Source: Squalus acanthias
Lineage: Eukaryota
Assembly: GCA_030390025.1 (NCBI GenBank)
Contig: CM059432.1
Coordinates: forward strand, 10,974,001-11,038,000
Reading direction: 5' to 3'
Length of the DNA: 64,000 nucleotides
Of the stretch, positions 24,867-37,213 are shown piece after piece. Under the pieces are notes generated by a model. The model worked only from the letters and a program-made list of their open reading frames with translations. It searched no databases and had not been told where the DNA came from. The translations under genes were made by a program, and so were the position numbers. Every line of letters starts with the position of its first letter. The first letter of the stretch is position 1.

Positions 24867-27488
24867 GGTCCAATGTGTCAAAAGCCGCAGTCGGTATGGG
24901 AAACGATAAACTTTAAAATTTTTACTTTTTTACTGGGAATCACATCTGTGAACAAGCCAACGACGACTCGAGTTTGGATCACGTCATGTATCGTGACATA
25001 AACCCAAGATCCCGGTTGAGGCCGTCCTCATGAGTGCGGAACTTGGCTATCAGTTTCTGCTCGATGATTTTGCGTTGTCGTGTGTTTCTAAGGCCGCCTT
25101 GGAGAACGCTTACCCGCAGATCCGAGGCTGAATGTCCTTGACTGCTGAAGTGTTCCCCGACTGGGAGGGAACACTCCTGCCTGGTGATTGTTGCGCGGTG
25201 TCCGTTCATATGTTGTCTCAGTGTCTGCATGGTCTCGCCGATGTACCATGCCGCGGTGCATTCTTTCCTGCAACGTATGAGGTAGACAACGTTGGCCGAG
25301 TCACATGAGTATGTACCATGTACCTGGTGGGTAGTGTCCTCACGTGTGATGATGGTATCTGTGTTGATGATCTGGCATGTCTTGCAGAGGTTGCCGTGGC
25401 AGGGTTGTGTGGTGTCGTGGTCGCTGTTATCCTGAAAGCTGGGTAATTTGCTGCGAACGATGGTACTTCTGAGGTTAGGCGGCTGTTTAAAGGCAAGTAG
25501 TGGAGGCGTGGGGATGGCCTTAGCGAGGTGTTCGTCGTCATCGATGACATGTTGGAGGCTGCGAAGAACATGGCGTAGTTTCTCCGCTCCGGGGAAGTAC
25601 TGGACGACGTAGGGTACCCTGTTGGTTGTGTCCCGTGTTTGCCTTCTGAGGAGGTCTATGCGATTTTTCGCTGTGGCCCGTCGGAACTGTCGATCGATGA
25701 GTCGAGCGTCATATCCCGTTCTTACGAGGGCGTTTTTCAGCGTCCATAGGTGTCCATCGCGTTCCTCCTCGTCTGAGCAGATCCTGTGTATTCGCAGGGC
25801 TTGTCCATAGGGGATGGCTTCTTTAACGTGGTTAGGGTGGAAGCTGGAGAAGTGGAGCATCGTGAGGTTGTCCGTGGGCTTGCGGTAGAGTGAAGTGCTG
25901 AGGTGTCCGTCTTTGATGGAGATTCGTGTGTCCAGGAATGAAACCGATTCTGAGGAGTAGTCCATGGTGAGTTTGATGGTGGGATGGAACTTGTTTATGT
26001 TATCGTGTAGTCTTTTCAGTGATCCTTCGCCATGGGTCCAAAGGAAGAAGATGTCGTCAATGTATCTGGTGTACAGCGTTGGCTGGAGGTCCTGTGCAGC
26101 GAAGAAGTCTTGCTCGAACTTGTGCATGAAGATGTTGGCGTATTGGGGTGCGAATTTGGTCCCCATGGCTGTTCCGTGTGTTTGGGTAAAAAAATGGTTG
26201 TCGAAGGTGAAGACATTGTGGTCAAGGATGAAGCGGATGAGTTGTAGGATGGCGTCTGGAGATTGGCTGTTGTTGGTGTTGAGTACTGAGGCTGTCGCAG
26301 CGATGCCGTCATCGTGGGGGATACTGGTGTAGAGTGCCGATACGTCCATCGTGGCGAGGAGTGTTCCTGGTTCAACTGGTCCGTGGGTGCTGAGTTTCTG
26401 TAAGAAGTCTGTGGTGTCACGGCAGAAGCTGGGGGTTCCCTGTACGATGGGTTTCAGGATGCCCTCGACGTATCCAGAGAGGTTCTCACACAGGGTTCCG
26501 TTGCCTGATACGATAGGACGTCCGGGTGTGTTGGCTTTGTGTATCTTTGGGAGGCAGTAGAAGTCTCCCACGCAGGGAGTACGTGGGATGAGAGCACGTA
26601 GGATGCTTTGAAGGTCTGGATCGAAGGTCTTGATCAGTCTATTGAGTTGGCGGGTGTGTTCTTTGGTCGGATCTGCGGGTAACTGTCTGTAGTGTTCCAG
26701 GTTGTCCAGTGGTATGCTTCTTTGCAATAGTCCATTCTGTTCTGTATGACGATGGCTCCTCCTTTGTCCGCTGGTTTGATGACGATGTTGCGGTTGGTCT
26801 TGAGAGCGTGGATGGCGTTGCGTTGTGCTCGGGTGACATTCTGGACTGTCTTGTGAGTGCGGCTGATGAATCTGGCGTTGATGCATCTCCTGACAGCTTG
26901 AGCATACATGTCAAGCTTGGGGCAGCGACCCTCCGGAGGGGTCCAATTTGACTTTTTTTCTTCGGTTGCTGCACTGCGAGTCCCTCTGTCTGCTGATCTG
27001 GATCATTGATTGTCTCATTGGGTTTGTTGCTGACATCTTGGGATTTGTGGAAGTATTCCCGGAGCCTCATTCTCCTGATGAATTCCTCCGTGTCTGCCGC
27101 GAGACCGATGGGGTCCATTTTGGTGGTGGGGCAGAACTTGAGCCCTAGGGCGAGAACTTCGATTTCGTCTGGTTGAAGGGTGTGGTCGGACAAGTTGACG
27201 ATGGACTTCCCTGTGGTTGCAACCGTGGTACCGGGGGAGGCTTGGTTGCTGCTGGTGGTGATGCCGAGTTTCTCAAGCTTCCTGTTCTTGATGCGCATGT
27301 AGGCAGCGTAGTTCCGTTGCCTCGTCTGTTTGGCGGTGTCTCGTAACTGGTCTGCTGTGTCCTGAGCACAGGCTGAGAGCATGGACTCTATCTTGGTTTC
27401 GAGGTTGCGGCGTTTGCTGTAGAGCTGGTGTACGAGATGGTTGAGGAGTGTGCGAGAGGTACGACGGCAGAGTCTCTCAGCGTAGTGA

Positions 27489-27774
27489 CCCTGTGACTCC
27501 ACCTCATTGTCTCAGTTGTATCTTGCTATGTCTTTGATGTGGTACCTTCCTGGCTGACCTGATTGCCTTTTGTCACACCTCGGCAGATAAACAGTCAGGA
27601 TGATTTAAATGTAGTCGTCTGCCATTGTAAGTTACACATGCATTGTTCTCTATCTATATATGCTTTGTCGATTCTGTATTTCTTTACTTCACCTGAGGAA
27701 GGGGTGTAAGCTCCGAAAGCTTGTGATTTCAAATAAAACTGTTGGACTATAACCTGGTGTTGTGCGACTTCTCA
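27489..27774 (+). repeat. Pseudo-LTR, right (inverted) arm
   Basis: Reverse complement of 24581-24866. Confidence 0.95.
27689..27726 (+). ncRNA. Minimal type I hammerhead ribozyme motif (sense to CEP192)
   Basis: tcac CTGAGGA a ggggt gtaa gctcc GAAA gctt gtga. Confidence 0.8.
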
Positions 27775-27959
27775 CTATAATTGAAGAATACATGTCCATT
27801 TTTCTAAGGCTACCTTTTTAGAACTACCCAACACAGTGAAGTCACTTAATGGAATCATTTGGTGAATGTATTAATTTTCAACAGATCAAGTGTGATGATG
27901 CATAACATATGTAGATAATTTTAGTAATTAAGCAATTTACTCACCATGCATGTAATTTA

Positions 27960-28300
27960 GAAACATAGAAAAATAGGAGCAGGAGTAGGCCATTCGGCCC
28001 TTCAAGCCTACTCCGCCATTCAATATGATCATAGCTGATCCTCTATCTCAATACCATATTCCTGCTCTCTCCCCATACCCCTTGATGCCTTTTGTGTCTA
28101 GAAATCTATCTATCTCCTTCTTAAATATATTCAGTGACTTGGCCTCCACAGCTTGCTGTGGTAGAGAATTCCACAGGTTCACCACCCTCTGAGTGAAGAA
28201 AATTCTCCTCATCTCAGCCCTAAATGTCCTACCCTGTGTCCTGAGACTGTGACCCCTCATTCTAGACCCCCCCAGCCAGGGGAAACATCCTCCTGCATCA
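27960..28300 (-). mobile_element. CR1 3' fragment
   Basis: RGHSLR...FFTQRVVNLWNSLP; similar to 61976-62370. Confidence 0.88.
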
Positions 28301-28696
28301 ATTTTTATGCCAAAAATTACACACAGGCCTTTAAAGTAATTTATTTTACCTTTACGTTTGGTGTAACCTATTGATGATCAGACTTAAAATGCATAGGATA
28401 GCTATATAAAACATTTTAGGGTAGAAAATAGCTACTTTGGGAATTCTGGAAAGAAATCATAATGAGCAGCTTCTATAGTAAAATATTTGTTGCTGCTAAA
28501 TTCATTAGATGAAGTGACGCATGAATTCTAAACTCAGTGAGTACACTCATCTTTTGCAACTCTGGTGTTGTGCATTGGTGCTCTCTTGCACTTTACCACA
28601 GCACTGTTTAATACTGAAGTTGAAAAATTATCTTAATGTAGCAAATATGTGCATAATTTTTAACTGATGAAATACATAGTCTTCTTTCATTATAAG

Positions 28697-28796
28697 ATCA
28701 CGATTCTGCACCAGATCAGCTAAATTTGAGGCCATCAACATCTCCATTGACTCATTCTTCACCAAGCCAAGTAACAGAACTACAAATTACCACAAG
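28697..28796 (+). CDS. CEP192: CEP192 exon (phase 1-2), QLNLRPSTSPLTHSSPSQ
   Basis: tataag acceptor, AG|gtaaaa donor, conserved RPSTSPLxHSSP. Confidence 0.88.
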
Positions 28797-29429
28797 GTAA
28801 AAAAGAATCTCTGTTGTATGTCCCTGCTCAATTTTATGAAAATGGTTTTGGTGAATTCACTGCATGTTGTAGTTAAACAAGGTCGGATGCTTGAAACATT
28901 TCAAATCAATCAACCTTCTTATTCAGTAGAATATTATCATTCATTTGCTCGGAAAAAATACCCAGGAACACTTTCCTAAAGTCTCTTGTTCAAGCACAAT
29001 TTCATTCTGTTGTATTCGCCAGAGGTTTTTTGCTGTACCCAGCTATAAGTGAAAATTCTGGGAGGGCCAGCTATGAATTGGCGCCACAGCTCCCCTTATC
29101 AATGAAACCACCCTGGGATGCTTATTGTCCTGTCAGTGCTGTCATGAATGGCCTAGTATGGGGGAGAGATATTGGCCTGTACATTTAATGCCTGTAATGA
29201 CTAAGTATGGAGATGAATGTTTGATATTTTCTTTAAAATATTTATGAATTTTATTTAATTATAATCTGTGTTTTAATGAAAAATGGGGAAGTTCTTTGAA
29301 TAAGAAATACCTCTTCTCCCCCCCCCCCCCCCCCCCCCCCCCCAAACTTTTTGTTTCCTTAACAATATTTCTGTAGAATATCTCTGGTTGATTTGCAAAG
29401 AGCCACTTCAAAATAGGAAGACCTCGTCT

Positions 29430-29810
29430 CTGATGGCTCAGTTGATTAAATTCAACACTCTGCATAAAGCTGAGCCATACACAACAGGAAGGTTCCATAT
29501 TCCATTTTGGTTTAGATGATCTAGACTAGGGTGCCAGTTGGGGCCTGGTTTCTCTGGACTTGGGAGAGGGAAAAGTCCGCTTGTTTGCTATCCAGTAGCC
29601 CATGCTGGGACATGCAGGACTGTGGGCATCGGATGAGGACGGGATCTGGCTCAGCTGTGATCCTTTCCGCCTCCTTCCCCAACAGTTGAATAGCTTGCCA
29701 GTTTGCAACACGTTAGTTCACACATGAATAATAGATACGTGGGCAAGGTACTGAAGCTTAGCCAGCTTCTGTGGAAACGCAAGCTTCAGGAGAGGAGGGG
29801 AGAAATTGGA
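29430..29810 (+). mobile_element. Degraded tRNA-derived SINE-like repeat (related pieces near 16780-17120 and 30035-30380)
   Basis: tggctcagttg A-box-like head, shared agccataca motif; family not assigned. Confidence 0.45.
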
Positions 29811-30483
29811 CAAGGTAACAGAAAAATAGCTTTTTTAATGTTATAGTTCTACCTGGCTCTTCGGGTTGTGTGGACTGCCATGGACCACCATATTTTTTGC
29901 ATCATCAAACTGAGCAGAAAGGTGTGCCATAATCTTAAAAATTATCATTTTTACTTGAAGGTTGTACTATCTGAAAGACTATGTAAACAACAGAATCCCT
30001 ATAAACATATTCTGTAATTAAAGATTAGAATCCTGTGATAGTGTTGTGGATCAAGGCATTGCCTGGTGTAGAATCAAGCCATACAGAGCAGAGCCACAGG
30101 TCATTTTTGATCTTTGTTGAGTTAGCTGAGCTCAGATGGACCAGTAGTCGGAGTGCTACAATTGACCTGCTGGAAAGTGTGCACTTTGTCCAAGGATGAG
30201 GATCAGATTCGGGCCAGTTAAAATGCCCTTGAAGGGTGAGTACCCTGCTGACATTCGCTGTCGAGGTTCTCATGAAGAACATCCACTCGGTTGAGTACTG
30301 AAGTAGTACCAGTGTCCAAGGAACCATAGAGCTTGGGACCTTCAGGAGAGGAGTGCAAACATTGGAGAAGGGGAGGGGAACAAAATGACCAGATTCCTGC
30401 ATTGATGGTTTGTTACCTTAATATGTCTGTGTTAATTGCAGGGCTGATTTTCTATTCCTGAAAATAAATCTTCCCTTTTTCAG

Positions 30484-30598
30484 CAGTTCATCCTCTTTGA
30501 CACACTCCAGCCCAAACCTTAGCAGACTGAGCTATATCTCTGGTATTGAGGCAATACTACAGAACAGCACAGCCATTGGCAGTCCAGTGGATCCTAAG
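30484..30598 (+). CDS. CEP192: CEP192 exon (phase 2-0), HSSPNLSRLSYISG...DPK
   Basis: CAGCAG acceptor, AAG|gtagga donor, SPxLSRLxY motif. Confidence 0.87.
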
Positions 30599-30649
30599 GT
30601 AGGAGAAAGCTCTGGAATCTTTTACTTAACAAACTGTTTTCTGAACTGA

Positions 30650-31185
30650 AACAACAACTTTACATTTATGTAGTGCCTTAAACGTCCCAAGGCACTTCAC
30701 AGGAGCATTATCAAACAAAATTTGACACCAAGCCGCATAAGGAGATATTAGGGCAGGTGACCAAAAGCGGAGAGTTTTAGTGAGGGAATTCCAGAGATTA
30801 GGACCCAGGCAGCTGAAGACACGGCTGCCAATAGTGAAATGATGAAAATCGGGGATGCGCAAGAGGGCCAGAATTGGAGGTGTGCATAGATCTTGGAGGG
30901 TTGTGGGGTGGAGGAGGTTACAGAGATAGGGAGGGGTGAGGCTATGGAAGGTTTTGAAAACAAGGATGAGAATTTTCAAATCAAGGTGTTGCCGGACTAG
31001 GTCAGCGAACACAGGGTGATGGGTGAATGGGGTTTGGTGCGAGTTAGGACACGGGCAGCAGAGGTTTGGATGAGCTCAAGTTTATGGAGGGTGTAAGGTG
31101 GCAGATCGGCCAGTCGAGTCAAGAGGTTAGAAAGGCATGAATGAGGGTTTCAGCAGCAGATGAGCTGAGGCAGGGGCGGAGACGA
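30650..31185 (-). mobile_element. L2-type LINE 3' fragment
   Basis: caacaact tail; GPNLWNSL remnant. Confidence 0.8.
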
Positions 31186-32065
31186 TATCTTAAAGTTGAA
31201 AGTAAGTAGTTGCACTAAGTAGTAATCTCTCAATGTTAGGATATTACACTAATGACTTCTGGAAGGCATTTCAAAAGCAAAAGATTCACAAATCACAATT
31301 TATGACTGCTACACAAGGAAAACTTTCAATTATCACCTTGTTCGAAGAAACAAATGTAGGAAGCGGGTAGCAAAAAAGGTGCTAATTGCTGTTGAAGTAA
31401 AAACAGAAAAAGGTAAAAATATACAGCAGGCCAAATGGCATCTGAAAAGAAAAAACAGATTAACATTTCAATCTTTTAAACTTCTGAGCTCTGATGCAGG
31501 GTTTCTACGTTTCTTTTTCTTTACAGATGCTGATGTACATATTTCCAGCATTTTCTGTTTTATTTTCAGCATTTGCATTGGCTCTATTTTGTATGTGTGT
31601 GCATGTACAAAAATATTTTAACATTGCTTCTAGCTTTCATACAAGTCAGATCATAGGTACAGCTGGGTATGGCTCAAAATGGCTTGTAGTTTGTGTAATC
31701 CACAGTGGATGATTTCCAGGTTGTTTGAATTCAGGGCTCTTGCCAAATCACCTGTAAACAATTAAAAAATCAGCTGGTGAGTCAGAGCCCATTTCAGTGG
31801 GAAAACCTGAATTCCAACTGATTAACGGGTTAATTTGTTTTATTGAGACTACCAAGAAATCCTCAAGCCTAGGTTTCGATAAGGTTTTGCCCACCAAGTT
31901 GGGTGGCACAGTAAATAGCGTAGATGGGAGCAGAAAATTGCAATGGGACATTGATAGATTAAGTGAGTGGACAAAACTGTGGCAGATGGACTTCAATGTG
32001 GGGAAAGTGTGAGGTCATCCACTTTCGACCTAAGGACAGAAATCACTAACTGCTAGTGGCAAGTA

Positions 32066-32618
32066 CAGGTTGAGCGTCCAAAATCCGGAGTTCCGGACTC
32101 CGGGACGATTGGTGGCAGGGTCGTCTGGAATCCGTAAAATGTTCCGTAATCCGGAACTCCGGATTTTGGACGCTCAACCTGTACTTCAAAAAGCCATGAA
32201 CTTTTGTCTTTTTTTGAAAAATCCTATGAAAAATGCGATTGATGCAATAAAACTTTAGTGTTGTGTTTTATTCTCCTTAATCTGCACAGCTCCACTAAGT
32301 GTTTCCACCAGGCTGCGGCCACGGCACCACGCCGCCCTGGTGGCCTAGTGTGGGCCATCGGATGCTCTGCAGAGCTCGCAGCGTCCCTCCCCTTTAACAG
32401 AAGGGGAGGGGTGGAGAAACGCGTCAGCGCTACGCGGAGCGGCCCAGGCATTTCCGGACTAGGAACGTGTTTTTGATGTCCGAAGTCCGAAAACGCCCGA
32501 GCCCAGGTTGCGATATTTCCGGACTTCGGACATCAGAAACACGTTCCGAAGTCCGAAAAAACACGAAAACTGGCTCGACCTCGGTCCCGAGGTTGCCGGA
32601 TTCAGGACGCTCAACCTG
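32066..32618. mobile_element. Tc1/pogo-type composite MITE with one left and two right TIRs
   Basis: TA|CAGGTTGAGCGTCC at 32066; GGACGCTCAACCTG|TA ending at 32181 and 32618; interrupts a CR1 remnant. Confidence 0.85.
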
Positions 32619-32679
32619 TACAAAAATTAATTAAAAAGACTAATAGAATGTTGGCATTTATCTCAAGGAGGCTGGAATG

Positions 32680-33733
32680 CAACAACAACTTGTATTTACA
32701 TAGCGCCTCTAACATAGTAAAACGTCCCAAGGCACTTCACAGGAGTATTGTAAGACAAAAAATTTGACACCGAGCCACAGAAGGAGAAATTAGGGCAGAT
32801 GACCAAAAGCTTGGTCAAAGAGGTAGGTTTTAAGGAGCGTCTGAAAGGAGGAAAGAGAGGCGGAGTGGTTTAGGCAGGGAATTCCAGAGCTTCGGGCCGA
32901 GCCAACAGAAGGCACGGCCACCAATTAGAGAAGCGCAGATATCTCGGGGCGGGGAAGGGTTGTGGGCTGGAGGAGATTACAGAGATAGGGAGGGGGCGAG
33001 GCCATGGAGGGATTTGAAAACAAAGATGAGAATTTTGAAATCGAGGCGTTGCTTAACCGGGAGCCATTGTAGGTCAGCGAGCACAAGGGTGATGGGTGAA
33101 TGGGACTTGGTGCGAGTTAGGACACGGGTTTTGGATGACCTCAAGTTTACATAGGGTAGAACGTGGGAGGCCAGCCAGGAGTGCGTTGGAATAGTCCAGT
33201 CTAGAGGTAATAAAGGCATGGGTGAGGGTTTCAGCAGCGGATGAGCTGAGGCAAGGGCGGAGACGGGCGATGTTGCGGAGGTGGAAATAGGTGATCTTAG
33301 TTATGCCACGGATATGTTGTCGGAAGCTTATTTCGGGGTTAGATATGACCCCAAGGTTGTAAACAGTGTAGTTCAGCCTCAGACAGAGAGAGGGATGGAG
33401 CCAGTGGCTGGGAACAGAGTTTGTGGCGTGGACCAAAAACAATGGCTTTGGTCTTCCCAATATTTAATTGGAGAAAATTTCTGCTCATCCAGAACTGGAT
33501 GTCGGAGAAGCAGTCTGACAATTTAGAGACCGTGGAGGGGTCGAGAAATTGGTGGTGAGGCAGAGCTGGGTGTCGTCAGCATACATGTGGAAACTGATGC
33601 TGTTTTTTCGGATGATGTCGCCATGGGGCAGTACGTAGATGAGAAATAGGGGGCCAAGGATAAATCCTTGGGGGACATCAGAGGTAATTATGCGGGGGCA
33701 CAAAGAGAATCCATTGCAGGTGATTCTCTGGGG
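32680..33733 (-). mobile_element. L2-type LINE 3' part, nested in a CR1 remnant
   Basis: HMYADDTQL, HAFITSRLDYSNALL, LQWLPVKQR. Confidence 0.9.
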
Positions 33734-34268
33734 TGAATCAAAGGGTGAAAGTTATGTTACAGTTGTATAAAGCTCTGGTTAGGCCCCATTTAGAGTACTG
33801 CGTTCAGTTCTGGGCACTGCACCTCAGGAAGGATATATTGGCCTTGGAGGGGGTGCAGTGCAGATTCACCTTAATGATACCAAGGCTAAAAGGGTTAAAT
33901 TATGAGGACTGGTTGCATAGTCTAGGCTTGTATTCCTTTGAGTACTTGAGTATAGAAGATTAAGGTTGAGGTGTTTAAGATGATTAAAGGAATTGATAGG
34001 GTAGATAGAGAAGCTATTTCCTCTGATGGGAGTCCAAAATGAGGCAGCATAACCTTCCACCCCCCCCCCCCCCCAAACAAAAGCTGTTGAGGCTGGGGGG
34101 TCAGTTGAAAATTTCAAAACTGAGATTGATAGATTTTTGTTAGTCAAGTGTATTAAGGGTTACGGAACCAAGACTGGTAGATGGAGTTAAGATACAGACC
34201 AGCCATGATCTAATTGAATGGCCGAACAGGCTCGAGGGGCTGAATGGCCTCCTCCTGTATCCTATGTT
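33734..34268 (+). mobile_element. CR1 3' fragment (continues the remnant at 31890-32680)
   Basis: LVRPHLEYCVQFW and 3' tail. Confidence 0.82.
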
Positions 34269-35569
34269 TCCTCACTAAACCCAGCCACTTGTCACAGATG
34301 ATTAATCTTACTGACGTGCCAATCACCATACCCTCCAAAGATAGCGTTTATTCTCAATTGGGCATATAGGGTTGGCTCACAATGGCGGCAACTTTGAGCC
34401 TCATTCATCTTACTGGATTTATGTACAACTGCCAAATTCCTACCTGGACTTTGTTCTAACGTGTAAAGGACAAGCAACTTAACAGACAAAACTTCAATTG
34501 CAGTACAAGGAAGCATTAATAGGATTTCCCTGTAAGGGCACCTATTGAGCACAGCTTATATGGTGTAATTCAGGGTGGCCCCATAACTACTTCAAGTTTA
34601 TCTTAGCTGTTCACTTTTCTCCTTTCCCCCCCCCCCCCCCCCCCCCAAATAAATCTTGTGGTTTGCAAAAAATTAACTGGCAGTGTGAAGGGGAGCATGC
34701 TAAGAACGTGCATTGGGTTAAAAAAAATTATATTCCTTTTGCCGCTCAAGGAGAGTGATAATTTTCCAAATTTGCCTCCACATTTAGAGGTGATGGATCA
34801 CAGTTTAGCCACTGAATGTAGGGAGACCATTGTCTGGGTATATCGGGCCTTTACTTATCCACTTAAATGAGAGACTCACAAGTATATCTTGGTACGATTA
34901 ACTTGAATCTTTCAGATTTTGACTGATTTCTTTTATAACCTGCATTCCTTCAGTAAATCTGAATAGAATACAGAAAGGATGAGAATTGTTGACTCTGGCC
35001 ATAGATAAACTTCACCAAGACCTCATTTACATACAAACTAAATTTATTGGTCCACTCTGGTGGTATGGTCTTGGGTTGTTGGAACTACCTTAATGCTAGT
35101 TTCAGCTGCTCCAATATCTGGACAAATGGCAAAGGCAGCAATTTTTTTTTGAATGCTAATAGGCCCACCAGTAGATGTAATTTGTGCAGGAGGAATGTAC
35201 AGTAGTTGAAATTATTGGTCCATTGCCTTCTGTTCACTATCGTTCTCTCCTTAAATTATTGCTGCAGGCTCATTTTTTGCTGTTTACTCGTTTCCTCTCT
35301 ATCTGATTCACTTATTCAAGTTTCAGATCTCTGTTAGCTCCTCTGGCTCATTCTATCTGTTTTAGAAGTGATTGAGAGCTCTTTAAGTGTAGAGTTGCAA
35401 GCTCTTGTTCTCAGTTGCAGATTGATTAGCTTAGCTTTCAATTCTTTTATGGCCAGTACCACCACTGGAGACGGTGGCAGAGAGGTGGACACCTCGGACA
35501 ATATGTTCCCCCCTCTTCCTTTTTTTGTTTTGCAGATTTAATGTAGCTCTAGAATATACCTGATGACTT

Positions 35570-35940
35570 GACAGGTTTTTAAAATTATGAAGGTGTTCGA
35601 TAGGGTAGACGTAGAGAAGATGTTTCCACTTGTGGGGGAGACCAAAGCTAGGGGTCATAAATATAAGATAGTCATTAATAAATCCAATAAGGAGTTCAGG
35701 AGAGACTTCTTTACTCAGTGTGGTGATAATGTGGAACTTGCTACCATAAGGAGTAGTTAAGGCGAATAGCATAGATGTATTTAAGGGGAAGCTAGGTAAG
35801 TACACGAGCAAGAAAGGAATAGAAGGATATGTTGATAGGATAAGATGAAGTAAAGTGAGAGGAGGCTCGTGTGAAGCATGAACACTGGCATAGACCTGTT
35901 GGGCTGAATGGCCTGTTTCTATGCTGTTAATTCTATGTAA
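35570..35940 (+). mobile_element. CR1 3' fragment
   Basis: CR1-like end and hairpin tail. Confidence 0.78.
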
Positions 35941-36536
35941 TATACTAATTGTGTAGACATAGATTGGTTTCTGAAAACTAATGTTTTGTATATTTAAATT
36001 GGGGTTATCTGTTTTCTGTTGATTTAAAATGTTATAGCCTGCGCTTCCGAAAGGCCATACTGGAAACATCACATGATGTCCTTACTGTTTATTCCTATTC
36101 TCTTTTCTCTTTTTTTTCCCCCCGCCCAATCTCCTAGGGCATATTTTCTTTTTAAAAAGCATCTGGCATATCCGTATATTCTCAACTCAAATATCTGTAT
36201 ATGGAAGATCTTTATTTCAGAAATAATTGACTGATGTCACACCACAGCTGACCACACAGCAAGTTGTTGTACAATTTGGCCAGAGTTCAATCATGAAAGT
36301 TTTAAGACTGGATAGATATTCTTGAATTCCCAAATCAGGGAAAGATTTGCAAAATCCAGAAGATTGAAAATGCATAAAACTCATAATACAGTTGATTGTA
36401 TGCAGTGTTTAGTAGCCAACAATCTTTATATTGTTCCTTGTTCTATTGTATTTTCATATTGACGAAGCCCTTCATAGTTTCTTTCAAATTTCTGAACAAT
36501 GTTTTACCAATCCCTCTAACAGTTCAATCTACAGTA

Positions 36537-37176
36537 CAGGAAACTCTCGTTTAAACGGCACCTAAATATCCGGAATTCTCTAATAACCGGCAAAATTCAT
36601 ACTCCGAAAACAACACCTCAATAACCGGAAATGTTGCCGAGTCCGAGTCTCCCGCGGTGGCCGAGTTAGTCAGTGGGGGCTAGTGGAGGCCGTCAAACAG
36701 CCTGCAGAGTGCGCAGAATCCCTCCCCTTTAACGGAAGGGGAGGGGTGATGAAACACGTCAGCGCTATGTGGAGCGGCCGCGTAGTGCTACCGCGCTTTG
36801 CGCTCCAGACACCGCCCCAAGAGGAAGTGGATCGCCCGAGATAGCGCTCCGCTTCCTCGCCGGGGCGGTAAGCCCAATTTAGCGGCCGAGGCGGTACTCC
36901 CGCGCTGGACGCTAACTGGCTGGCGCTAATTCGGTTACCGCTCCCAAACGGGGCATAACCCTCAACTGGCAGCACTGTACTTAATCAAGCATCTTCCACC
37001 ATCCATTTAACACAACATTCTGTAGGTGAGTACCCAATTATACTGCACATTTCTTGATTTTTTTATTTTTGTTTGTTAAAAATTGCCTCGGTAGATATAC
37101 CTCTCCGTTATCCGGAATTTTTAATCAACCGGCACCATCCCGCTCCCGTCGGTGCCGGATACGAAAGAGTTTCCTG
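36537..37176. mobile_element. Tc1/pogo-type MITE with GC-rich internal cargo
   Basis: TA|CAGGAAACTCT...AGAGTTTCCTG|TA. Confidence 0.87.
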
Positions 37177-37213
37177 TATATACTGTTCCTAAAAGTGTCA
37201 TTTTTCTCGACAG

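Larger units (their letters stand above)
24533..27772 (-). mobile_element. Penelope-like retroelement family A (Neptune-like), RT + GIY-YIG, 5'-truncated with inverted pseudo-LTR
   Basis: KPADKG, GTAMG, RYIDD, Cys linker CHGNLCKTC, NVVYLIRC...WYIGET; two frameshifts near 26950 and 26708; TSD cactataatt at 24523-24532 and 27773-27782. Confidence 0.95.

Noticed and set aside
24979..26886. Bacterial retron, group II intron or RT defence system
   Set aside because: Context is a spliceosomal intron in a vertebrate gene and the domain order matches Penelope-like elements
24581..27774. DNA transposon or LTR element suggested by long terminal repeats
   Set aside because: It encodes a Penelope RT + GIY-YIG with no transposase or integrase; inverted pseudo-LTRs are known for this class
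29318..29343. Long poly-C run (also 34626-34646) as a functional G-quadruplex
   Set aside because: Simple homopolymers of unreliable length with no further support
35431..36072. 213-aa minus-strand ORF
   Set aside because: Mostly antisense to a CR1 fragment; no recognisable domain
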